IMG/VR virus record: IMGVR_UViG_3300009161_000003
Span: 32,001 to 96,000 of that record
From: a virus
Direction: 5' to 3' (one strand)
Length of the DNA: 64,000 bases
The notes under the pieces: model-generated
The model's input: only the letters and a program-made list of their open reading frames with translations
What the model was told of the DNA's origin: nothing
The model's database searches: none
In this document: piece by piece, positions 18,893 through 26,567 of the stretch
Numbering within the stretch: position 1 is the stretch's first letter
Layout: each line of letters begins with the position of its first letter
Translations under genes and position numbers: made by a program

Positions 18893-19072
18893 TTATTCTA
18901 ATATCTTGAATACTACTTGGCATGGATCTCCACCTTCGTCCCACTCCTGTGCTTCTTCTGGAGTCATATGAGGATCTCCATCATGTGTATTACAAAATGG
19001 TGTCGTTATCCATCCCCTTGAAATTCCGTTATTAATCCATATATCAAACTCTAATTCTTCTGTTTTGTCCAT
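18893..19072 (-). CDS. 59-aa Cys/His acidic hypothetical protein (not in ORF track)
   Basis: MDKTEELEFDIW...CNTHDG...DPC; TACAAT 5 nt before ATG. Confidence 0.7.
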   Translation of the reverse strand: MDKTEELEFDIWINNGISRGWITTPFCNTHDGDPHMTPEEAQEWDEGGDPCQVVFKILE

Positions 19073-19086
19073 AATATATTGTATCC

Positions 19087-19611
19087 CTAAATACTCACTG
19101 TGTCAATTGGACCAAGACATGATGTAGAAAATTTAATGGCAGATGAAACAGCATTTATAGATCTTTTGCGAGCATCTTTTTGATTTTCAGTAGCGTGTAA
19201 ATTTCCTAATGCATATTGCATTCCAGATCCCATTACTAAATAATCTCCAGTGTATTGTGTTAAAGACATATCCGCAGCACTGTGCTCAAAGATCTTTCCT
19301 TTAACGCAAATAATCATTCCAAAATCAGAATCTTTTGATACATCTACCCACCACTCATTATAAAAATCACGAAGTTCTTTAATAAATTTAGTGTACATAA
19401 ATTTTTCAATATTATTTCCAGTTGGAATTGATGGTTTAAAATTATGTTTTATTCTATCGCCATCCATAGTTCCTGCGTATCCAAATAGGTATGGACCTTG
19501 TTGCCAAACTTTTGAGGTGGCACATTGAAGTATGATTTCATCGTCAGATACGCCTCTTTCGCCAGACATATAAATTTTTTCATCTTTGCGAACAACGACA
19601 ATACAAGTCAT
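19087..19611 (-). CDS. HslV/proteasome-beta-like Ntn-hydrolase
   Basis: M-T-CIV N-terminal Thr; K at about position 33; GYAG; MGSG..YALG. Confidence 0.75.
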   Translation of the reverse strand: MTCIVVVRKDEKIYMSGERGVSDDEIILQCATSKVWQQGPYLFGYAGTMDGDRIKHNFKPSIPTGNNIEKFMYTKFIKELRDFYNEWWVDVSKDSDFGMIICVKGKIFEHSAADMSLTQYTGDYLVMGSGMQYALGNLHATENQKDARKRSINAVSSAIKFSTSCLGPIDTVSI

Positions 19612-19647
19612 GCTACTCCCTTAGTTTTGTTATTTTTTTTAATATTA

Positions 19648-20364
19648 TTATGCTTCATCATAGATCTGAGGTAATGGAAAATAATGTTGTTCCCAAAAAG
19701 TTTCATGTTCTTGAAATTTAGAATTAAGAAAATCTTTTTGTAAAGCCATATTTAATGGAATTATATCGTATGCAATTGTAATTCTTGGACCATCAAAATT
19801 CCAATCAGACATTGCGTGTGGAAAACCAACTAAAGACAATATTGCACGATTATTAATGTTATGATTTATTTTTATATCTCCATTAATATTATAATGTGTT
19901 TCAGAAGGTTCTGCACTTACAGAATAATATCCATGAAGAGCAAAAACTTTACGATCTGGATGCACATGATCATGCCAATTTAACTTTCCACCCTTTTCAT
20001 TATTGTTAATATTAAACCATGATTGACATACAAATTTTTGACTATTATAGTCCACATCATAATACTTACAGGCTTCTCTTGTCATGTCAACAACAGAGGA
20101 ATAAAGGTCATGGATAAATGGGTAGTACATTTTAAAAGCATTATATTCTCTAGATTTTATTGTAGAAATAGAATTTGATTCTTTAAAAAATTCATTTTCT
20201 GGATGAAGAGTATCAAACTTTTTTACTCCACGCATTTCACCATTAAGAATTCTATCATATTCAAATTCTAAAACTTCTGTTGCTTCTTTTAAATCTATAT
20301 TTAAATCTCTATAAAAAAACTTTTGTGGCTTATAGTTTTTATTAAAATAAGGTACCTTGCCCAT
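19648..20364 (-). CDS. putative 2OG-Fe(II) oxygenase, paralog of 16762..17394
   Basis: SISTIK.R.YN.F, WHDH, HGYYSV.AEPS.THY, GPRITIAYD. Confidence 0.7.
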   Translation of the reverse strand: MGKVPYFNKNYKPQKFFYRDLNIDLKEATEVLEFEYDRILNGEMRGVKKFDTLHPENEFFKESNSISTIKSREYNAFKMYYPFIHDLYSSVVDMTREACKYYDVDYNSQKFVCQSWFNINNNEKGGKLNWHDHVHPDRKVFALHGYYSVSAEPSETHYNINGDIKINHNINNRAILSLVGFPHAMSDWNFDGPRITIAYDIIPLNMALQKDFLNSKFQEHETFWEQHYFPLPQIYDEA

Positions 20365-20391
20365 AAAACCCCTTCAGTAGTAGATACATTA

Positions 20392-20421
20392 ATTGTACCA
20401 CTTAAAGGGGTCTTATGTCAA
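20392..20421 (-). promoter_or_regulatory. sigma70-type promoter TTGACA-N18-TACAAT
   Basis: Consensus -35, TG extension, 18-bp spacer. Confidence 0.85.
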
Positions 20422-20437
20422 CTAAGGGGATTTGTCC

Positions 20438-20728
20438 TTATTTAGACTTTTTGTCCACTGACGAGAATGCTGCATTAATTTCTTGAATTGTAAGTTTGCC
20501 ATCGTCAAGAAACCCTCTAGCCAGTCTTTCAACTACAGTTGCCACTCCTAGCGTTCCAGCCAGAATAACAGCCTTTGTTGTACTAATTCCCACTACTGCT
20601 CCAGCACCTATTACAGATAGTCCTGATGCTGCAAATACCGCAACAATTCGCATAACAATATTATTTATGCTTGCAATTGCTCCTGATCCGACTTGGGTAG
20701 CCTCTTCAATTTGTTTTGCTCTTGCCAT
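20438..20728 (-). CDS. 2-TM membrane protein with C-terminal EF-hand-like DDGKLT.QE motif
   Basis: AGGAGG RBS; hydrophobic segments. Confidence 0.75.
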   Translation of the reverse strand: MARAKQIEEATQVGSGAIASINNIVMRIVAVFAASGLSVIGAGAVVGISTTKAVILAGTLGVATVVERLARGFLDDGKLTIQEINAAFSSVDKKSK

Positions 20729-20730
20729 TT

Positions 20731-20901
20731 TTATTCCTCCTTTTTATTTCTGATTGGATAACTTATCATCCAAGCAATAAATGTACCTATAATTGCATAA
20801 CCAACTACTGTTTTAGCACTTCCGTCTAAAACAACCCAGGCAATGAACATGCCAAGGATGGTCCAAAGTTGATCTATCATATCTTTTAGTATTTTTACCA
20901 T
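20731..20901 (-). CDS. 56-aa 2-TM membrane protein (not in ORF track)
   Basis: [56 protein letters not shown]; overlaps the stop of the PA14 gene. Confidence 0.75.
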   Translation of the reverse strand: MVKILKDMIDQLWTILGMFIAWVVLDGSAKTVVGYAIIGTFIAWMISYPIRNKKEE

Positions 20902-23189
20902 CTCTCATTCCTCCTTGACCCTGATGAGCCACTGCCTGACCCTCCAGAATTTCCTCCTCCAGTTGACCCACCTGAAGATCCTGCTGCGCCTGCTGCTCCT
21001 GTGGCTGCTCCAACAGCATTAATTGCTGCTCCTGCAGCGATAACTGTTGCAACAACTGCGTCTGTAGATTCATTTCTTTCTTCATCACTCATGTCTGCTC
21101 CAACATTTCCAAATGCTGCCAATGCTGCTCCTGGATCTGAAAATGCTGCTGATAACAACGCTCCTGGGTCTGTCAATAACTCTAAAGAAACAGCAACTTC
21201 TGCTGTAATCACAACTTCATTTCCATTCACATCTGTACGAACCTCAACTGGAGTTTCTGGTGGAAGATCTTGTAACTGAATGCCTGCTTCAGCAACCTGT
21301 TCTTTTGTAAGGTTTTCTCCTGGCGCTACAGATTGAATAAGAGCGTCAGCAACAATATTTTTTTCTGCTTCAGATAACTTTCCATCTCCACTTACTAAAT
21401 CAATAATTGCTTTTAAATCTTCTTTTGAAACTTCTCCATCTGAAGCAAGTGCATCTAATACTGCTTCTTTATCTGCCAATGAAAGTTTTCCATCTTTTGC
21501 TAATGCTTCAATTAATTGATTAGTTTCTTTTGTATCAATTTTTCCATCTGCAGACATTACATCTGCAATATCTGAAACTTCTGAACTATCTAATTTACCA
21601 TCAGACAATGCATCAGACACAGTGTTATTTACTGCTTCTTGAGTTCCATTATCTATAGCATCTGCTTCAGCCTGTGCATTTGCTTCTTCTTGTGCCAGTG
21701 CTTCAGACTCTGCTTTAGCATTCGCCTCTTCTTGTGCTAATGCTTCGGCTTCTGCCTGAGCATCCGCTTCTGCTTGTGCTTGAGCCTCTGCTTCTGCTTT
21801 AGCGTCTGCCTCAGCCTGCGCTAGTGCTTCGGCCTCTGCTTGGGCATCAAGTGTTGCTTGTGCTAATGCCTCAGCCTCCGCTCTTGCATCCGCTTCTGCT
21901 TGTGCTTGAGCCTCTGCCTCTGCTTGTGCTTGAGCCTCTGCCTCTGCTTGTGCTTGTGCATCTGCAATTGCTTGCGCTTGAGCCTCTGCTTGTGCTTGTG
22001 CTGCATTTGCTGCTGCTATTGCAGCATTTTGTGCAGCAACTTGTGCGTTATATGCAGCAATGGCTGCTTCGGCCTCTGCTTGGGCTTGTGCTGCTTGTTG
22101 TGCAATTAATCTTGCTGCTTCTTCTTCTAGTCTTGCAATTTCAGCAAGTCTAGCAATTTCTGCTAACCTGTCTATCTCAGCAAGTCTAGCAACCTCAGCA
22201 AGTCTAGCAACTTCCGCAAGACGTGCAATCTCTGCTAATCGTGCAACCTCTGCTAAACGGGCAACCTCTGCAAGTCTGGCTTCCTCTGCTTGTGCATCAA
22301 TGATCGCTTGCGCTGCTGCAATTTCTTCTGCAGTAAGACCTATCTTTAATGTAACAACGTTTGAATTTGCAGAATACATTTGCAATGTATCGTTATCTGA
22401 TCTAATATTAAATGACCAAACCGTTCCACTTGGCTTTAGATTTGTTAGTACTGAGTGGTTAATTGTTATTGTTGTATTAAGAGAGTTGGGTTCTCCAACA
22501 TTTCCTGTTGCTATTCCCCATCCCCCGCCATCTGCGCTAAAAGAAATAGCATATCTTTCTGGCTGAGTATTACCAGTATTAGGTGCTTCCCAAGTTAATA
22601 CTGTTGATGTTTCTCCATCTACTACTGTTAAATTTCTTGGGGCACCTATAGTTAGGGGTGCTTGTGAAGTAAAGGCTTCTGCTGGAATAATTTGCATTGA
22701 TCCAGATTGATTCCAATATAGGAACACATTTGCTCCCCCACCATTTTCGTAATACATTAATTCTATAGTTTTAGGAACTCCTGCTGTAAAAGAAACTGGA
22801 GCACTTGTAGTTCCTCCACCACCCTTATCACGCCAGTCGTTTGTTATTAAAGTGCCATCAAGATATAATTTAGTTCCATCATCTGCTGTTGCTAAAAACG
22901 ATATGTTTTGGGTAGTGTTGCTAAGTATTGATCCTGTAAATCTTACAATTACGTCTTCTGAAGGTCCTCCAAGAACACTTCCACTTCCCCATTGAAAATT
23001 AATATTGGGCACAGTTGTTATTAAAGTTGGAGACATTCCTTGTGGTATATAGGGAGCAGCATTTTGACCTTGCACATTATAGACTTCTGCAGTTAAACCC
23101 TCTGTTGCATGGGCTTTTTCTGAGTACCCGAAAAATAAAGACCCGACGACAAGGCCTAAAACAATTAACGTTCTAAGTGATTTTTTCAG
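20895..23189 (-). CDS. secreted PA14 + FN3 + Ala-rich coiled-coil + EF-hand-like repeat protein with C-terminal hydrophobic segment; CTG start
   Basis: PA14 ([25 protein letters not shown]); FN3 (APRNL...LTWEAP); in-frame signal peptide from CTG at 23189 behind AGGAG/GGGG. Confidence 0.8.
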   Translation of the reverse strand: MKKSLRTLIVLGLVVGSLFFGYSEKAHATEGLTAEVYNVQGQNAAPYIPQGMSPTLITTVPNINFQWGSGSVLGGPSEDVIVRFTGSILSNTTQNISFLATADDGTKLYLDGTLITNDWRDKGGGGTTSAPVSFTAGVPKTIELMYYENGGGANVFLYWNQSGSMQIIPAEAFTSQAPLTIGAPRNLTVVDGETSTVLTWEAPNTGNTQPERYAISFSADGGGWGIATGNVGEPNSLNTTITINHSVLTNLKPSGTVWSFNIRSDNDTLQMYSANSNVVTLKIGLTAEEIAAAQAIIDAQAEEARLAEVARLAEVARLAEIARLAEVARLAEVARLAEIDRLAEIARLAEIARLEEEAARLIAQQAAQAQAEAEAAIAAYNAQVAAQNAAIAAANAAQAQAEAQAQAIADAQAQAEAEAQAQAEAEAQAQAEADARAEAEALAQATLDAQAEAEALAQAEADAKAEAEAQAQAEADAQAEAEALAQEEANAKAESEALAQEEANAQAEADAIDNGTQEAVNNTVSDALSDGKLDSSEVSDIADVMSADGKIDTKETNQLIEALAKDGKLSLADKEAVLDALASDGEVSKEDLKAIIDLVSGDGKLSEAEKNIVADALIQSVAPGENLTKEQVAEAGIQLQDLPPETPVEVRTDVNGNEVVITAEVAVSLELLTDPGALLSAAFSDPGAALAAFGNVGADMSDEERNESTDAVVATVIAAGAAINAVGAATGAAGAAGSSGGSTGGGNSGGSGSGSSGSRRNERW
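21661..22000 (-). repeat. coding tandem repeat, ~30-nt unit ([10 protein letters not shown]-like)
   Basis: Visible tgcttgtgcttgagcctctgc units. Confidence 0.85.
22128..22287 (-). repeat. coding tandem repeat, 18-nt unit (AE[VI]ARL x ~9)
   Basis: Protein repeat with diversified synonymous codons. Confidence 0.9.
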
Positions 23190-23204
23190 TTCCCCTTCTC
23201 CTAG

Positions 23205-23234
23205 GTCAACATTGTTGACTATTATATTATAACA
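23205..23234 (-). promoter_or_regulatory. extended -10 (TGTTATAAT) followed by palindrome GTCAAC-N3-GTTGAC at about +1
   Basis: -10 at 23226-23231; palindrome at 23205-23219. Confidence 0.6.
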
Positions 23235-23241
23235 TTATATT

Positions 23242-23360
23242 AAAAAGTGAGCAGTTTATAGACAACTACTCGGGTCTATCGTTCACGGTATTAACCTAAC
23301 GACTCTCATATAGAGCATCCGTATTAAATATAGCCGATCAATGTTTCATAATCTCTATAA
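23242..23360 (-). ncRNA. candidate structured ncRNA with pseudoknots
   Basis: Own TATAAT (23367-23372); no meaningful ORF; several complementary segments; ends in hairpin plus T-run. Confidence 0.5.
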
Positions 23361-23377
23361 CTATATATTATACAGAA

Positions 23378-23794
23378 TTATTTGATTTTTATAGATTTTG
23401 GTTTCTTTTCTTCTGGAATATTGCGTGTAACTTTAACATTTAACATTCCATCCGTAAGATCAGCAGTTGTTACTTCCATATATTCACCAAGAGCAAATGA
23501 ACGAGTAAACTTACGAGCAGCAATTCCTTTATGTAATACTTCTGCATCAGTTACTGTTGCCTGTTCTCCCTTGATAATTAAGGTTCCTTTATCTACCGCA
23601 ATATCAAGGCTTTCTTTGCTAAACCCTGCTACTGCTAGAGTAATAATATAATTATCATCATCTAGTTTAAGTAGATCATATGGTGGAAATCCACCTGCAT
23701 TAATTGAATGTGCTTGGTTTAATCTATCTAATTCTCGATTAAATCCAATAAAAAAAGGATCTTTAAAAAGATCCATAGCGAACGTTGTTACCAT
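23378..23794 (-). CDS. hsp20: small heat shock protein Hsp20 (IbpA-like)
   Basis: FPPYDL, LAVAGF, HKGIAARKFTRSF, ADLTDGML. Confidence 0.95.
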   Translation of the reverse strand: MVTTFAMDLFKDPFFIGFNRELDRLNQAHSINAGGFPPYDLLKLDDDNYIITLAVAGFSKESLDIAVDKGTLIIKGEQATVTDAEVLHKGIAARKFTRSFALGEYMEVTTADLTDGMLNVKVTRNIPEEKKPKSIKIK

Positions 23795-23850
23795 TTTCTT
23801 TCTCCTTTTCAGCGAGTTAATTTATATCCCCGTTAGGCAGATACTATATT
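23795..23850 (-). promoter_or_regulatory. hsp20 5' leader with ROSE-like RNA thermometer
   Basis: CUCGCU-GAAA-AGGAG hairpin: UCGCU with bulged G pairs with the SD; TGTTATAAT promoter just upstream. Confidence 0.65.
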
Positions 23851-23859
23851 ATTATAACA

Positions 23860-23892
23860 CAAAAGGCAGGGAACTTATGTTACCCTGCCCTA
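23860..23892 (-). terminator. intrinsic terminator after the Ig-like surface protein gene
   Basis: GGCAGGG...CCCTGCC hairpin followed by TTTTGTG. Confidence 0.8.
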
Positions 23893-23905
23893 AGTGTTGG
23901 ACTAT

Positions 23906-26485
23906 TTACTTCTTTTGTAGTTTTGCTACTGCTTTAGTCAATGCATTAACAGACTTCATCAATGATGCAATCTGTGTAGTCAATGAATCGATCAAGGTTG
24001 CAACTGAGGCTTGTAGCACAGTTACCTGTGTTGCAAGAGCCTTAACTGCTGCGTTTGCAGTTGCTACGTCAGCCTTGACTGCTGTTACGTCAGTCTTGAC
24101 AGATGTCACTGAATCAATAACGTTAACTGCTGGAAGAGATACGATTGCAATTGCAGTGTTTTCTCCTTTAGCAAAACCAGTTACTGGAGTGTCTGCTATA
24201 TCTGCTGACTGTGCAATAGTTACAAGAGATGCAATGATTCCAGCATCTGCAAGTTTTCCATCAAAGGATTGTAATATTGCAGAGGCATTTCCATTAGCAT
24301 CAGTTACTGCTGAAGTTGAAGTTACTCCGTTGCCAAAGATTCCCTTAGAATCAACTGCAAAGTTAACACTAATTCCTTTAACTGGATTTCCCCAACCATC
24401 TTTAACAGTTGCAGTTACTTTTCCACTAGCAGTTGTTAATGTAATGTTTCTTGCTGTTGTTGCAACTGCATCATTAACAGTAAAGGTTGCAGTTTGTGTC
24501 AATCCTCCACCAACAACAGTTACTGTTGCAAGTCCAGGTTTCGTTCCAATTGCTGTAAATTCTTGTCCGCTTCCGATAGTAACAGTCTTCAAATCTCCTG
24601 TTAATGGACGAACAGTAGGTGCAGAAGTTCTAAGAACAACTCCGTCAGATGCAGTAACAACAAGTGCTACTCCAGAGACAGAAGTTCCTGAAGCATTCTT
24701 TAATGATGTTGCAATGGTTACTGCAGATGCAGTTCCTGCTGTTGTTGCTTGAACATCTTTTAATACTTTAACAGTCTCTGTGCTTCCACCAGTTAGTGTT
24801 AGTGAGGCATATGATCCCGTTGCAGAATAGGTAACTGTAAGAACATTTGCAGACGTTAGCAGACCAGTTGAAGTTCCTGGCGCAGTAACCTGAATGGTCA
24901 ATGCATCAACAAAGTTTGTTGTTGAAGTGCTTGAATCTTTAAATGTAATTGTTGCATCTCCATTAATATCAGTAACTGAAGTTGCAATTGTTGTTCCAAA
25001 GTTTCTGCTTGAAGAAGACAATGTTCCAGTAACAAAATAATATTGCTGAGCAGTGTCAAAGTTATTCTTTACATTAATCTTAAGGCTTGTGGTATCTCCA
25101 CTTTTAACTACAGAGTTTGTAATTGATGCACTTAATAGTGATGTAGAAATTCCAGTTGTTCCTAATGCACCTTGAGAAACTGAAGGAGCAGTATAGGTAA
25201 CTGTAACAACAGAGTTTCCTGTTGCTAGGGCAACTGTAATTGTGAATGATCCACTAGCAGTAGTAGCAGAAGTAACATATGTTCCAATTCCATTCGTTCC
25301 AATAACTACTGGATATGTTCCATTTGTAATTCCAGCAACGCTAGAAGATGTAATCTTAGCATTAACAATCGATCCTGCTGTTCCACTAATGGACCAACCA
25401 AGTGTTGATGCAGAAGAAGTGCTAGCAAAATATGTTGTTGATGTTGGTGTTTCAATTGCAACTGGAGCAACATACTTAACTGTAGATGTTGAAACTCCGA
25501 TGGCAGTTGAAAGAGCAACCTTTGTTGCAGTTGCTACTGGATTTGTTGTAAATGTTACGACTTTGGCAACTGATGGAGTTAAAATTCCACCCAAGTTAAA
25601 TGTAAGAGCAGAACTTGTTGAACCACTATGCTTAGCATGAAGATCATAGGATCCTGTTGATGCTGTAAGTGAGTCTGTTGACTCTAAGAATGTATTTGTT
25701 GTTGGTGTTCCAGATCGTGAAGCAGTTGTTAAAACACTTCCTGGAGCAGTTAACTTACCTTTTGTTACTGTTAATGTTTCTGTTGATCCAACTGCAATAG
25801 TTGAAGAAACTGTAATTCTTTCTAGAGAATTACGAAGCAATGTTGGAATACCACTAGTATCTTTAAGTGTAATTCCAAGATCAACTGACACATCCCCTGC
25901 TGTTACTAAAGAAGAAGAACTTGTTTCTAATGAAACTGGAGTTCCTCCAACTTTAACATCTGCAGTAAAGTAAGCCTCTCCACCATCAATGGTTGAGTTT
26001 CCGCCAATTGTGTTTCCCACATTGTCAATCCATAATAAAATTTTATATGTTCCTGGAGTTCTAAATGCGTTTGATAAAACGCTTACAGAATCAACCGTAA
26101 CTGTTTCATCACTTCCGCCTAGAACAACAGTTGCTGCAGTGTTGTTTGATAAAGTTGCAAGAGCCACAAGAGTGTCTCCAACTGTAATTTGAGTTGTTGC
26201 ATCGACTGTTGCTGGTGTTGGATTTGAAATAATACGACCACGAACAGTTACTGTCTCACTTGCTCCAGATGTATCTGAAAGAGCAATCATCGATACAGAA
26301 ATCTTGTTGTCTGCAGCAGTTGCTGTAGCAACGCCACTAGATAATGATGATGAACGGTTTGGAACGGTATCTACTGATAAAATTCCAGTAATTGCTGCAT
26401 TGGCTGGGGCTGATGTAATTACAGACACTCCAGACAGGGCAAGCGCACTAACTGCTGTAACAGCAATCTTTTTAAATAAGTTCAT
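23906..26485 (-). CDS. secreted Thr/Ser/Ala-rich Ig-like (S-layer-like) surface protein with C-terminal coiled coil
   Basis: Signal peptide MNLFKKIA...APANA; Big-1-like VTATVKD..GNPV.G..V.F and TDANG.A; heptad tail ending KLQKK; AGGAG RBS. Confidence 0.75.
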   Translation of the reverse strand: MNLFKKIAVTAVSALALSGVSVITSAPANAAITGILSVDTVPNRSSSLSSGVATATAADNKISVSMIALSDTSGASETVTVRGRIISNPTPATVDATTQITVGDTLVALATLSNNTAATVVLGGSDETVTVDSVSVLSNAFRTPGTYKILLWIDNVGNTIGGNSTIDGGEAYFTADVKVGGTPVSLETSSSSLVTAGDVSVDLGITLKDTSGIPTLLRNSLERITVSSTIAVGSTETLTVTKGKLTAPGSVLTTASRSGTPTTNTFLESTDSLTASTGSYDLHAKHSGSTSSALTFNLGGILTPSVAKVVTFTTNPVATATKVALSTAIGVSTSTVKYVAPVAIETPTSTTYFASTSSASTLGWSISGTAGSIVNAKITSSSVAGITNGTYPVVIGTNGIGTYVTSATTASGSFTITVALATGNSVVTVTYTAPSVSQGALGTTGISTSLLSASITNSVVKSGDTTSLKINVKNNFDTAQQYYFVTGTLSSSSRNFGTTIATSVTDINGDATITFKDSSTSTTNFVDALTIQVTAPGTSTGLLTSANVLTVTYSATGSYASLTLTGGSTETVKVLKDVQATTAGTASAVTIATSLKNASGTSVSGVALVVTASDGVVLRTSAPTVRPLTGDLKTVTIGSGQEFTAIGTKPGLATVTVVGGGLTQTATFTVNDAVATTARNITLTTASGKVTATVKDGWGNPVKGISVNFAVDSKGIFGNGVTSTSAVTDANGNASAILQSFDGKLADAGIIASLVTIAQSADIADTPVTGFAKGENTAIAIVSLPAVNVIDSVTSVKTDVTAVKADVATANAAVKALATQVTVLQASVATLIDSLTTQIASLMKSVNALTKAVAKLQKK

Positions 26486-26532
26486 TTTTCTCCTATAAGT
26501 TAACATGATTTTAGCCTTTATGACTATACCTT

Positions 26533-26562
26533 ATTATAGCAGATATATGAGAACTGTGTCAA
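26533..26562 (-). promoter_or_regulatory. consensus promoter TTGACA-N18-TATAAT (TG-extended)
   Basis: Exact -35 and -10 hexamers. Confidence 0.9.
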
Positions 26563-26567
26563 ACTGA

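Noticed and set aside
21661-22287. Tandem repeats as a CRISPR array or DGR template/variable repeats
   Set aside because: They are in-frame coding repeats without spacers, there is no adenine-specific variation, and no reverse transcriptase is present.
23270-23335. Calling the ncRNA candidate a twister or pistol ribozyme
   Set aside because: There is loose resemblance (UAA...GA plus pseudoknot), but I could not place a twister P4 stem or the conserved loop, so it is left unassigned.
21000-26498. Long plus-strand ORFs (e.g. 21824..22153, 22060..22566, 23877..24752, 25242..25640)
   Set aside because: Antisense shadows of Ala/Thr-rich minus-strand genes; no RBS or recognisable motifs.
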